DNA of 41,810 nt, from assembly GCA_030141605.1 (NCBI GenBank), contig JAQGDQ010001423.1, positions 1 through 41,810 on the forward strand. The letters are read 5' to 3'. The position numbers and the translations under genes are program-made. The DNA is from Tubiluchus corallicola. Its lineage: Eukaryota; Animalia; Priapulida. The notes below the pieces were generated by a model. The model ran no database searches and was not told the DNA's origin. It saw only the letters and a program-made list of their open reading frames with translations. Shown here piece after piece: positions 23,050 to 35,790 of the stretch (position 1 is its first letter; every line of letters starts with the position of its first letter).

Positions 23050-23850
23050 TTTATTTACTGTTTTGATTACTTTATGTAACTGTCACTTCACCTAGAACTC
23101 TAGAATTGTTAAGGAGCTAAGTCATCAAACTTGAGCAGGTCATAGCAAGAGATGGGAGAAAAATTGTTGTTGGGTAGGTGTTGATATGGGCGGGGGCAGT
23201 TTAAGGTCAAAGTTTACAACAAGTAAGGACTATGAGCGGCTGTACAAGCAAAGGTACTCCTCTTACTGTACCAAGTGAGGAAGTGACATTGGTGAAGTGG
23301 TCGGTGACCTTGAGTGGGTGGATTGAGGTCAACGGAAGTGGAAGTTCATTAACTACTACAGAAGGGAAGTCATAAAACTACAAGAGCTTGCTGACTAACC
23401 TTATGCGACTCATAATACGAAGTGGGCGAGTAACTAAGATGAGGTATTTGGTGAGTTTAAGTTGATAGTTCACAGTTAAAGGTTGCAATAATTGCACAAT
23501 TGCAATGAATTTGGCAAGCAAAGCTGGAGAACTTGCTATACCGGGCAGAGAACGAGTTTGGTTATGTAATCAGTGAGTTTTTATTGGTTGTTCTAGATAA
23601 AGAACGTTAAGATTTATAAACTATTATAAGAAACAGTTATAAAAGCTCAAGGAGCTGAGTGTTCAAACTGATGTAACTTATGTTACGTAATGAGGTTAGC
23701 GAATGACTTTGTTGGTGGAGGTTCAAGGTTAGAAGCCGCACAATTGTAAAACTGTGGGTGGTACGAGGTCATGGGCTGCAACAACTTCTAAAACCACAGT
23801 AGTTAGGCGAACAAAGGCTTGCAACGTATTCTTCTAAAGGGAGGGTGACT
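23050..23850 (+). repeat. Left arm of long inverted repeat
   Basis: Reverse-complement match to ~26190-26985, e.g. ggtactcctcttactgtaccaagtgaggaagtgacattgg versus ccaatgtcacttcctcacttggtacagtaagaggagtacc. Confidence 0.92.
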
Positions 23851-23994
23851 AATTATCATAAACTGTGGCAACTCAATAGATCTATAAAAAGCAGTTGTAC
23901 TGAATTAGTGCTAAAGTGCAAGGCTAATATTATTCATTTTGGCTCTCAATCTAGAACTACTGATGCTGGCAAGCTGATAGTGTACTTACAGCAC

Positions 23995-24382
23995 AACTGT
24001 GTACCATTTTCAAACTGTAAAACAGGAGACCTTACAAATGTGTGCCTTTTTCCAACTGTAAAACAGGAGACCTTACAAATGTGTACCATTTTGAAACTGT
24101 AAAACAGGAGACCTTACAAATGTGTGCTTTTTTCAAACTGTAAAACAGGAGACCTTACAAATGTGTGCCTTTTTCAAAGTGTAAAACAGGAGTCCTTACA
24201 AATGTGTACCATTTTGAAACTGTAAAACAGGAGCCCTTACAAATGTGTGCCTTTTTCAAACTGTAAAACAGGAGACCTTACAAATGTGTGCCTTTTTCAA
24301 ACTGTAAAACAGGAGATCTTACAAATGTGTGTCTTTTTCAAACTGTAAAACAGGAGATCTTACAAATGTGTGGCATTTTCAA
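23995..24382. repeat. 41-bp minisatellite, ~9.5 copies
   Basis: Unit tttcaaactgtaaaacaggagaccttacaaatgtgtgcctt; aacagg at 24021, 24062 and 24103. Confidence 0.97.
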
Positions 24383-25609
24383 TTTTTTACATCGTAGTCT
24401 ACACGACAGTAAAAGAAGTAAAATGTTTTTTTAACTACTTAGATTTGTCATTTACAATATCATTTCTATCATTTGTGTTGTTTATAATAGTTCCAAGTCT
24501 TGTTTACTTCTCTGGTTAATTTTTACGGTCTCCTGTGATCGAACTGTTTAGTGACCTGCCCCCCCCCCCACCACACACATTTGTTTCACTTGCAATTAAT
24601 CAGTAGACCTATGCTAGCTAAGGTTTACTTATTATATCTGCTGCACTAATTTATGCAAGACAGTTTGAGTTGAAAACGTAATCATTAACTTACTGTAGTG
24701 CAGACATTTTCTATGATCCAGTTCTGAAAGCAAAATTTGTTAAAAATCCGCTTACTTGAGCAATTTTAAGACTTCCATGTTGTTTTCATTTCAAAAATGT
24801 TAGAAAAATATTCATAAACAAACATCGGAAAATTTGATGTGTCACATGTTCAAGCTGCAGCAGTTTTAGCAATAGTTAGAGATAGTTAGTGGTAATTAAT
24901 GATAGTTAGTTTTAGTTTTAGTTAGTAACAGGGCGGTAGGTAAGGAGCGTAGGGTCTCATCAATTAAAACTATAAAACTTGTTTTTATCAAGTGGTTTTT
25001 TATATTTATATGATATGCAAATCATTTAAAAGGTCCTACTCTCCTTGCCACGTTAGAGCCGTTAATTAATTTATTAATTAAAGAATAGATTATTTTATTC
25101 AAAGTCTTACAAAGTCTTCCAAAATTCACGAGGTAAATAAGAAACAGCGAGACACGGCTTTTACTTTGTAAAACTTTGAATATCTTGCAGTTAGATCTGC
25201 ACTAATTAGGATTACATTAATTAATAGGCTCTGAATCATCAAGAGCGACTGCAGCGCTGCCGGCAGCTGCTGCAGTAACTGTAGCAACTTGAACACTGCG
25301 GCGTTGTATGTTGAAGATGTTATGATTAAAATTTGGGCTAAAAACCATCTTGTAATCTTGTCTTTAGTCTTGAGGTAGAACTTGTTTTTACTGCAGTAAT
25401 TTAACTGAAATTACAGCAATTAAACTTACTTCTCAATAAAGTGATATTAGATTGGGAAAAACTCTTTTAGCGGCAGATATAATTTTAATGATAAGTTGCA
25501 AGTGATGTTTTTTGTAAGATAGCAGGCACATTTTATCATACTGTATCACTGGCTACGTCATTATTGGTCACTCAACGTAGTTCTGTTAACTGTCCTTTTA
25601 CAGACAGTC

Positions 25610-26195
25610 TGAGTTGTCACTGAATTTAAACCACAAACTAAAGTCACCTATAGAGAGTTGAGTTGTCACTGAATTTAAACCACAAACTAAAGTCACCTAT
25701 AGAGAGTTTGAGTTGTCACTGAATTTAAACCACAAACTAAAGTCACCTATAGAGAGTTTGAGTTGTCACTGAATTTAAACCACAAACTAAAGTCAACTAT
25801 AGAGAGTTTGAGTTGTCACTGAATTTAAACCACAAACTAAAGTCAACTATAGAGAGTTGAGTTGTCACTGAATTTAAACCACAAACTAAAGTCACCTATA
25901 GAGAGTCTGAGTTGTCACCGAATTTAAACCACAAGCTAAAGTCACCTATAGAGAGTTGAGTTGTCACTGAATTTAAACCACAAACTAAAGTCAACTATAG
26001 AGAGTTTGAGTTGTCACTGAATTTAAACCACAAACTAAAGTCAACTATAGAGAGTTTGAGTTGTCACTGAATTTAAACCACAAACTAAAGTCAACTATAG
26101 AGAGTTTGAGTTGTCACTGAATTTAAACCACAAACTAAAGTCAACTATAGAGAGTTTGAGTTGTCACTGAATTTAAACCACTAACTAAAGTCACC
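25610..26195. repeat. 49-50 bp minisatellite, ~12 copies
   Basis: Unit gagttgtcactgaatttaaaccacaaactaaagtca(c/a)ctatagagagttt starts at 25611, 25660, 25710 ... 26158. Confidence 0.97.
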
Positions 26196-26985
26196 AACGT
26201 CCTTTGACCCACGAGTACACTGCGTTGTAAGCTTCTGCTTTCCTAACTCCTTGTCGTTTTGAAATTGTTGTCCAGCCTGTCATCTCAAACACCCACATTT
26301 TGAAATTGTTGTGACTTTTGACCTTGAACCGTGTAAGTTGCATCAGTTCAGGCACACAACTCCCGCTTACCATTTTAATGCAATTGTCTCTTATAATTGT
26401 TTCTAAATCGTAGCATCCTTTCCTCTTCAACCACTAATCTAAAGTCATTGATTACTTCATCGATCTCCTTCTCCACCTGGTACAGTAAGTTATCTACCTT
26501 TCCTTTCCGAATTCTTTGCCGTTGTACTTTTGTTGTCACCTTTACCTGTGAACCACCCACTCAAAGTCACTGAATACCCCATCTACGCTACTCATCTACC
26601 TCTTGTTATGAGTTGCATAATGTTTGTCAATGAGCTCCTTGCAGTTTTCTAACCTCCTTTCTCTAGTAGTTTTTAAACTTTCATCTCCTTTGACTTCAAT
26701 CCACCCACTCAAGGTCATTGACCACTTCTCCAATGTCACTTCCTCACTTGGTACAGTAAGAGGAGTACCTTTGTTTGTCTAGCCGCTCATAGTCCTTACT
26801 TGTTGTAAACTTTGACCCTAAACTGCCCCCCTCCCCCATGTCACCACCTACCCAACAACAATTTTTCTCCCATCTCTTGCTATGACTTGCTTAACTTTGA
26901 TGACTTAGCTCCTTAATAATTCTAGAGTTCTAAGACACAGTTGAAGTGACAGACACATAAGTAATCCAAATAATAAATAAATAAT
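26190..26985 (-). repeat. Right arm of long inverted repeat
   Basis: Reverse complement of 23050-23850. Confidence 0.92.
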
Positions 26986-27661
26986 CACTGGGTTGGAAAG
27001 TTGTGTTTTGACTATTCAATGAGTTTTGCTATTTTTAAACAGTGCTGCACTTTCGTATTCGTCCCCTGCCTGCTTACTCTCTAAACCACTAGGTGAGATG
27101 TTTGCACATAATTTGTCCCTGGTGGTCAGTGTTATTTGCAACATACAGCATTTGAATGTTTTCGTCTGAAGAAGAAACAATGGCAACGTTTTATATAACG
27201 TGATCTTGAGTCTACCTACACCTCCGTTGGTTTGCCCTTGAGGTCTTTTAGGGGTGGTTAAACTCGCTGGTTGGTCCGAGATTACAGCCTCGCTGTCAAC
27301 TTACGCTGACTTAATTTGGCATTTACAGCAGTACAATAACGCAAGGCGCTATATAGTAAATTTATTATAATTTATAGTGTTAGTACTTTTTATAGTAACT
27401 TAAGTCGCAAAAAACTTCCCTCTCAAGTTATATATTACCATTACGCCTAACTACTTCAAAGACTTGATCACTTAGCTTCTTAACAATTTTTGATTTGTAA
27501 GACTATCACTTACACTGGGTTTATTATGGACAATTTCCAGAAGTGGTCGAACTTTGTTTACTCCACGTATCTATACTTAACAGGATAGTCTGTAGTGTTC
27601 CAGTGTGTCCTACTTAAATTTAGTGTTTATGTTTTGTGACTGTATAAAAATGTAACACGGT

Positions 27662-28229
27662 CAGGGACGGCTCTAGGTAGTTTGGGGTGCTCTGGGCAAA
27701 ATTTTTTTAGCGCCCTCTCTTCCACCTAAAATTTTTTGCGTCATCTTTTCCACATAGATTTTTTGGCACTCTCTCTTTAACATAGAATTTTTAGCACCCT
27801 CTTTTCCACATAGAGTTTTTAGCGCCCTCTTTTCCACGTAGAATTTTTGGCACCTTTTTTTCCACGTAGAATTTTTAGGGCCCTCTCTTCAACATAGAGT
27901 TTTTGACGCCCTCTTTTCCACATACAGTTTTTGACGCCCTCTTTTCCAAATAGAGTTTTTGGCGCCCTCTCTTCAAAGCTCAATCCCTTCTCCCGCTGCC
28001 ACCTCCACAATACCCCCAAAATTGAATTTGTAGTGACAATATTATAAAGTATAATGGTAGTTTATAATTTGTGCATGTTCTAGCCCTCTTGGTTTATTAA
28101 GCACAATTTTTCATAATTGTTATCACTTATGCTAAACTTAAAAATTAAAGACTTCTAAAATTTGGCGCCCCTCTAAAATTTGTTGCCCCAGGTAACTGCT
28201 TAGCTTGTTTAGTGGTACAGGCTGCTCTG
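27662..28229. mobile_element. hAT-type MITE with an internal ~30-bp minisatellite (~27703-27975)
   Basis: Ends cagggacggc and gctgctctg (degenerate TIR); 8-bp TSD aacacggt/aacatggt; internal unit ttttagcgccctcttttccacatagagttt. Confidence 0.75.
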
Positions 28230-28375
28230 AACATGGTATAAACAGTAAACAAGCACCTTGTATAGAGTGGTACAGTCTGCTCTGAACATGGTATCAACAG
28301 TAAACACACACCTTGTATAGAGTGGTACAGTCTGCTCTGAACATTGTATATACAGTAAACAAGCACCTTGTATAG
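28211..28375. repeat. 55-bp triplication spanning MITE end, TSD and flank
   Basis: agtggtacag at 28211, 28266 and 28321. Confidence 0.92.
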
Positions 28376-30065
28376 TTCTGATCCAGTGAATTTGGTGATT
28401 AACTGACACTGGTTTGGGCTTGTTCTGGACAACTTCTAATGTTGGTCGAGCGCTTAAAGGACAAGAAAAGGGTCACCTAAAGTAGGTTTCAAAAAACACG
28501 TTGACAAATTATACTACTTTACAGCAATTTTATGTACATATCGTATTCACGTTGAAAAGAATTTTCGTTTGTTTTCATTTTAAATCTCCCGCAATGCTGT
28601 TCCGACGTCACGTAAATCAGGGGAAGAAAAGGCAATGTTAAATTATGATCTAAAAGACTCGTGCAAATCTATATTACTTAGCATTTCACTTACCTGCTGG
28701 AAAGACTTATGTAACTAAAATAATAATTTAAAATGTTTGTGCCAATTGGTTAAATGTCACTGACTCACCCTCCAGGGTGCGCCACTCACTAGCCAAGAAC
28801 GTATTTTTAATCTTATTGACAAGATACAGTAATTTAAAAGTTTACTTAATTAGCAACGTTCATGCTACGAATACTCTGATTATTTTTCCAAACTTTGTTT
28901 AATGTTATCAAAACTTTTTTCAAACGACCTACGATTAAAATGGCCTCAACGGTCATCTGGAGTTTAAATTTACACCTTTTATACAGCGTTACGTCCAATG
29001 CAAGCGATGCATACGAAAAGGTAGCATATAATCTCTTTGTATCAAATAATTGAAACTTATCAGTGATTGTATTTATAGCATATAAGTGGTATAAAGTCTC
29101 CACCGACATTACCCCTCCCCACTGATAATTTGGCAGCAAAAATTTTATAGTTATTTTGCATGAAATTTTGAGCAAATATTTATGAAGATCTTGCAGCTGT
29201 AATCTTGGCTCGGTGCCAGCAATAATTTATCTTTCTCTTCCATCCTCGTACTTTGTAGGGACAAGCTTTTATTATGTGTTTCGTACATCCAGCATTCACG
29301 ATCCCCAATCCGTTATTATTGTGATTAAAGAAATTTTACAACTAATTTAATAGTCTTACTTATAGTACTAGTTTAACCTATTCGTGGTAAAATAATAATT
29401 AAAATCAATACATGTCACATCACTATGAGCTTTTGTAATGCACGTTGTAAAATTTAAATATTTTTCGTTAGGCTGACGAACAAACGAATTTGCATGTTCT
29501 AGATTTGTGTAGATTTCTTGTAGATTTCTCACAGTTGAATCAGGTAATCACTGAATGCAGAAACGTTTTTTCTTTCTCGACTGGGACTTTCACATTTCTA
29601 TGTAGAACTGAGCTATTTTACAAACAAGTATTGTATTATTTTGTTTCAGTATTGTCATGATCGCCTTCGCCATCATCATCATCGTCATCTCCACCACTAC
29701 TAGCTTCTCCGTAAAGAAACCGCAGGACTACCAGCAATTATTTTGGTGATTATTTTGGTCGTCATTATTGTTGTTGCCGCCGCCATTATTTGTCTTCTTT
29801 TAACAGTTTTTGTTTTTATGTTGATTTTTGCAGATTTCTTTTCATTCGAGAAGCAACATTTCCTTTTGTAAACACATTTAACAATGCTGAAGTACGTTTT
29901 CTTTTCGATTATTATTTCCCTTTCATTTTTAAACAATCACGGCAACAGGTTCCATGGAGAAGCTGTCAAGCAGACATCATTCTAATTTTTGTCTTAAGTG
30001 CTGTTGTTCTATCAAGTTGCTTGTAAATCTTGCCTATTGATGATTATGGAAAATTGCTCCCATTC

Positions 30066-30285
30066 TCTAAATCTCATTTGGTTCATAGTTACTGCTATAG
30101 GGTGTTTGACAAAATTTTGCAAGCAGATGATTCTAGTTTCTGAATCTCATTTGTTTCGTATTTACTGCTATAGGGTATTTGGCAAAGTTGTGCAAGCGGA
30201 TGATTCCAGTTTCTGAATCTCATTTGTTTCATAGTTACTGCCATAGGGTATTTGGCAAAGTTGTGCAAGCAGATGATTCCAGTTT
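30066..30285. repeat. 73-bp tandem repeat, 3 copies
   Basis: atctcatttg at 30071, 30144 and 30217. Confidence 0.92.
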
Positions 30286-31674
30286 TTTCCCCCAAGCACT
30301 TGTTGTTCTGTTGAGTGGTTATTGACTATTGCTAATTATGGGTCAATGGCATTTTTATGATCAACACCTGCAATCTTTCTTGTAACATTAACTTGAGTAG
30401 ATAATTGTTGCATCAGTTGTGTTATTTAGGTAAGGAAATGTTACATTAATGAGCTGCATAATTATCATTTAACTTTACATGGCTTCTTTGCAGAACTATC
30501 GACTGAGGTTTTTCTTACCTAGACTGTAAGCTCACTGTGTCTTAATAGTTTGCTGCTCCCAAATAAAAAACAGGTTCGTGTCTCATAAGTTCTCTCTTCA
30601 TTTTCATGGAATTAAAGTTTACAAACGAGATTAGGCAGCACTGAAGTGTGGCTACTATTATCCGTTGGATCAGCTTTAAAAATTGTTGTATAACAAACAT
30701 GTAAAAGCAGTCATGAGGCTTTAAGGTTTTAAGTAACAAAACAGAGTAACAATTTGGAACTATTCTGTCCCACTAGTAGCAATTCTTTTAATATGACGTC
30801 TTGCATATGAATGTGGTCCGCAGTTCGCAGCCTCGCCCGACAGACGGGTAGACGTTGACCATCACCGGTTGGATAAACTCGGAAAAATAAATCTTTGCAA
30901 ACATGTAAGCCTCTAAAAAGTCGTTAATATGGCCTCTTACATTTTCTCGATAAAATCGGGGGTGGGGTGTCATCGGGGAGATGCTGTATAACTCATAGCA
31001 AAATGAAAACTACTTTGGTGGCCATTTGCGTCGTCACGTGGGCCGATTATTATGCTGACATTTGACGTGTTATTAAGTCATAAAACCAACATAAAGTATC
31101 AGTTAATACGTTTCTGGTAATGTATTACATTTTCATAATTATTTTAGGATTTCGAAAAGGGGAATCCATCTTTATCCAATTTAATGTCGCAGGTAAATAA
31201 CGTATCTGACAAAATAACAATTTTTAGTTACATGCAATAAAAGTTAACTTTCTTATAATTTTATAGCAGCTCTAATGTTAATATACAGGGTCAAAATAAG
31301 GAATAACGAATATGAAGGCTTGATGAAGAAAAGGGGAATCCATTTTTATCCATTTACTCTTTCTACTTTTAGGTAGGCCTAATTCTGTCAAACCCTTGTA
31401 CAAATATACAGTTATCTTTTGCTTATCAATAAACTAAAGGTTATTACAAGTTTTTTTACAGTAAATTCGCCAATATTTTAATCATGTCTAACCTCCGCAA
31501 CCACTTCCGTATGTGGTAGTACTTTAACAAAAACTAAAAGACAGTCGTGCTCTAGAACTCTTATTGTGGAATGAGAGACAACTACTTCCCTGAAAATCAT
31601 TTGAGGGCTTTTTAGTTTTGCCCTCTCCCATTAAACGAGAGATAGCCACGTTCTAAGTAAGTGAAATGAAAGTT

Positions 31675-31950
31675 GTTCATACTTTAGAAACAAATCCATA
31701 TCCTCCCATTTCCTCTGTGAAATAAAATTCAGTCATGCTTTTAGAAGAGAGCCATGTCCTCCCATCCCCTCAGTGCAATGAAAGTCAGTCATGATTTTAG
31801 TTAGAAGAAAGCCATGTCCTCCCATGCCCTCTGTGTAATGAGTTAGTCATGCCTTTAGAAGAAAGCCATGTCCTCCCATCTCCTCTGTGAAATGAAATTC
31901 AGTCATGCTTTAGAAAGCCATGTCCGCCCATCCCCTGTGTGAAAGGGAAA
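31675..31950. repeat. ~57-60 bp degenerate minisatellite, ~5 copies
   Basis: Recurrent agtcatgctttagaa...gccatgtcctcccat...ctctgtg. Confidence 0.88.
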
Positions 31951-32369
31951 ACAGTTATCCCAACAAAGTATATGTTAAAGGGAAAGTACACATTTTTCGT
32001 GAAACTTCTATTGTATATAAATACATTTTTTACTGTTTGAATCAATATTAATAGATCGTAAAATAAGGAGGGAACAAGGTTGGAGTGGGATGGACAGCCT
32101 GCAGTCTCCTCCCGGCCCATCTTTCCTTTCCTTGGCGAGGCCTTAAAGTTCCTTCATTTCCTTTTAAGTGTTCCCGTTATCTTTAAAAGAAATATTTCGT
32201 AGAATTTGCTAAACGAGACTCCACGCTGTACTGAAAAAGTTCTAACCAGAAATTTGTTACCACAGTTCAGGATTTTGTTAACTTCAAATGCTTCCCAAAA
32301 GTACACCGAGTTCTGACATTGAGCTCTTAATCTCTGATTCTATTTACGAACTAATATGGTACAGAACCT

Positions 32370-32454
32370 TAGTGGTATGCATTCTGTACATGTAGATACT
32401 TCTATGCATAGCGCGCATGTATAGAAGTATGTACATGTACAGTGTATGTCGCTA
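32370..32454 (+). other. 85-nt long hairpin (pre-miRNA-like or palindromic mini-element)
   Basis: tagtggtatgca pairs with tgtatgtcgcta, and ctgtacatgtagatacttctatgcat pairs with atgtatagaagtatgtacatgtacag; 7-nt loop; flanked by the direct repeat tacagaac. Confidence 0.7.
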
Positions 32455-32562
32455 CTGTACAGAACAAACTTTCAGTAAAGACAGACAAGGCCTAGGCATT
32501 AACTGACTGACAGTTTCTTTCCACTAACATACTGTAAGTAGTTGAGGGAAGCATATATTATT

Positions 32563-32787
32563 ATGCGGTTTAAAGTATTGTACAAAAAGTTCTGCGGTTT
32601 AAAGAACTGTACAAAAAGTTCTGCGGTTTAAAGAACTGTACAAAAAGTTCTGCGGTTTAAAGAACTGTACAAAAAGTTCTGCGGTTTAAAGAACTGTACA
32701 AAAAGTTATGCAGTTTAAAGAACTGTACAAAAAGTTCTGCGATTTAAAGAACTGTACAGAAAGCTATGCAGTTTAAAGAACTGTACA
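32563..32787. repeat. 29-bp minisatellite, ~7.7 copies
   Basis: Unit tgcggtttaaagaactgtacaaaaagttc. Confidence 0.97.
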
Positions 32788-33064
32788 ATGATTTCAAATT
32801 TTTATGCAGATCATTTAGATCCCTGTTCAAAAGTAACTTCCTATATTTTGTCCATTACCTTAACTAATAATTCAAAACCTGATTCACCTCCCAGCCTAAC
32901 CTTGTTAATTGCAGGCCTTTCACAAATTATTTAATAATATTTTAGTCTAATATTTGCAAAATCCAAATTGCAAAAGAGACTGGTTGTGCCGCCTGGTGTT
33001 TGTTTTTTGTTGAACTAGCTTTAGGGCGAAATTAGTAATCTTGACAATTGAAGTGAAGTTAACC

Positions 33065-33292
33065 AGAGCTAAGACTAGAAAGTAATTAGATGAGTGACCA
33101 CTACTAAAAATCACATACGCTAAAACATGGCTGACTTTGTTTAGGAATTGAAATTATATAGAGTAAAGACTAGATAGCACACGGATGAGTCGTCGCTACT
33201 AAAATCATATTAGCCAAAACATGGCTGACTTAGTTTAGCAATCGAAGCTAGAGACCCGATAGTGAATGGATGGGTGACCATATCAAAATCAC
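33065..33292. repeat. Degenerate ~90-100 bp tandem repeat, ~2.5 copies
   Basis: gatgagt...ctactaaaa...aaaacatggctgactt...gtttag recurs. Confidence 0.7.
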
Positions 33293-33479
33293 AGTTCACC
33301 TTCCCGGTCCAATGTCTACTCTTAGATGATTAGTTTTCATAAAGAGTCTAGTTGCAGTCCCTCCACAACAACGTGACCTTGCAGTTGAATGCAAAAATAT
33401 CCCTAATCTTAAACTCCTGTCTCTTAAGCAGCAGACCAAATCTGGCAAAGCCATTTGAAGTTAATTTCTTGTCAGGCTT

Positions 33480-34075
33480 CAGTGTTGATTATTTTCAATT
33501 TAGTCAATTCAGTTTTGATCCTACAATCGTTAATGAAGCTTTTTTCTGTGCTATAATTGTTGGTACTGTTTCATTGCCGATAACTTTCAGTTTTATCCAC
33601 AGCAATTTCAATCGTTCAATCTTTAACTGAGTTTTTGTATAATTGTTGTTACGGTTATTACCGATAACTTTCAATTTGTCCACAATCGTTCATCTTTAAT
33701 GGAGCTTTTATCGATGCTGTAATTGTTGGCACAGTTTCATTGATGATTGCTTTCAATTTTTTCCTCACAGTTTTGAACGTGCAATCTTTAAAGAACCTTT
33801 TTTTCGTACTGTATTTTTCAATGATTATGTTCAGTTTCAACAAGGGCATTTTGATCTTGTAATCTTTAATTGGATGCTGTTTTTTGTAACGTATTTGTTG
33901 GTTCTGTTTCAATGCCGATTACATATTCGATTTCTACAAAGGAATTTTGATTTCGATCATGTAATCTCTAAATAGCGGCTGTTTTCTGTACCGCTATTGT
34001 TGGTACAGTTTCAATGCTGACTGTTACGTTCAACTTTATCAAGCAGTTTTAACTGTGCAATCTTTAATGGCGTGC
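33480..34075. repeat. Old degenerate ~90-bp tandem array
   Basis: aatctttaa...ttttt...attgttggtacagtttca..g..gat recurs about 7 times. Confidence 0.75.
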
Positions 34076-34317
34076 ATTTCTCCATATGTCATGACAGGAG
34101 TTTTTCCCTGATACCTTGGTATTTTTTGAAATATTCTAGTTTCGGTACTGTTTACCTTCGCCATTGTCATGTCACTTTATGTGATATATTAGCAGTAGTT
34201 GCCACCACTGTTATCAGTTTTACTTGTTTACTGCTTTAGTACTGATTAATAATCGGTGATTATGTTCAGTTTCATCAAGTCAATTCTTTAAAATATTCAG
34301 TTTCTCTCTTATAATGC

Positions 34318-34758
34318 ATTTGTCGCCTTGATGGCAGTTTTTCACGTGACATTAATAGTGACTCGCATCACGTTATCATGTCTCTTCATTTGTCGCCTTG
34401 ATGGCAGTTTTTCACGTGACATTAATAGTGACTCGCATCACGTTATCATGTCTCTTTATTTGACGCCTTGATGGCAGTTCTTTCGTTACTATTACATCAT
34501 TTTATGTGACACGTTGATGATGGTACTTTCCATCACTATTCTATAACATCCATCACTATACTGTGACATGGCTATGTATAGTGTTACTCCATGAAGACAT
34601 TAATAGTGACTCGCATCACGTTATCATGTCTCTTCATTTGTCGCCTAGATGGCAGTTTTTCGTTACTATTTATGTGACACGTTGATGACGATACTTTCCA
34701 TCACTGTTCTATAACATCACTATACTGTGACATGGCTATGTATAGTGTTACTCGATGA
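34318..34758. repeat. Nested tandem duplications (70-bp unit inside a ~190-bp duplication)
   Basis: gacattaatagtgactcgcatcacgttatcatgtctct occurs 3 times; tttatgtgacacgttgatga...gacatggctatgtatagtgttactc occurs twice. Confidence 0.88.
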
Positions 34759-35206
34759 ATCTGCAATGTGATCTTTATCGCTCTACTACAATCTCATATC
34801 ACATGGAATCTATCACTACATTTTTTTCATGAACCAGTAATGTTAATTTCCATCATTTTGTCATACAAAGATTTGTTCATCCTTTTCCAGCATATGGAGA
34901 ATAATGGCTGAATGTTTATTCTATGAAAATAATTGTTATTATGACACACAACCTTGTATATAGTCAAGCTGTTATTTTGACTATAGGCATCAAGTTTGCC
35001 ACCTTGCATAATTTAAAGATGTTGCCTAATATTGTAACCATGGCTGTCCATGTATAGATAACGTTTGAACATACAATCAATTAAATATGGCTAAAATATT
35101 AAATATGGCTGAAATATGTGTCGCCATGTTGTTAAAAATTAGCTTTCCACCGCCTGGTCACTATCGGCATTGGAGGGGGATCATTTCTATTATGAACACT
35201 TTTGAC

Positions 35207-35415
35207 GCTTCAAATCATTAAAACGTTTTGAGCCTACTTAAAACAATTACGCTTCTTAATGAACAATTACGCTTCTTAATGAACAATTACGCTTCTTAAT
35301 GAACAATTACGCTTCTTAATGAACGATTACCTTCTTAATTAAAGCAACATTGGTGCTTCAAATCATTAAAACGTTTTGAGCGTACTTTGAACAATTATGC
35401 TTCTTAATTAAAGCA
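35207..35415. repeat. 20-bp minisatellite within a short duplication
   Basis: aacaattacgcttcttaatg about 5 times; gcttcaaatcattaaaacgttttgagc twice. Confidence 0.88.
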
Positions 35416-35515
35416 CCAGAAATTATTGTTTATTAATGATTATTGTTTTCAATCCCCCTCCCCCTGCTCTTCAGAAAATTCCTCCTCATCGGCTCGGTAA
35501 CTGCCGCCTCACAAA

Positions 35516-35790
35516 CATCCTGCATCATCAGCATCGTGGTCCCTCTATCTTATAAATAGTTTTTATGCACAACTTGTATACGATACAGTGCAACTAACTT
35601 AACATACTGTAGCTTAATAAATAGTTTTTTTGCACAACTTGTATACGATACAGTGCAACTAACTTAACGTACTGTAGCTTATACAATATACTGCAGTTTT
35701 TAGAAATACTGCAGCTTATAGGATATGTTACAATTAATAGAATATACTGCAGTTGCTACGATATATTGCAGTTAACAGAATATTGCAGCA
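35516..35790 (+). repeat. Dispersed direct repeat (second copy ~40638-40850)
   Basis: gcatcatcagcatcgtggtccctctatcttataaatagtt...gcacaacttgtatacgatacagtgcaactaacttaac is present at both sites. Confidence 0.9.

Noticed and set aside
28846-29175. 109-aa minus-strand ORF
   Set aside because: No recognisable domain, non-ATG start and no supporting splice structure.
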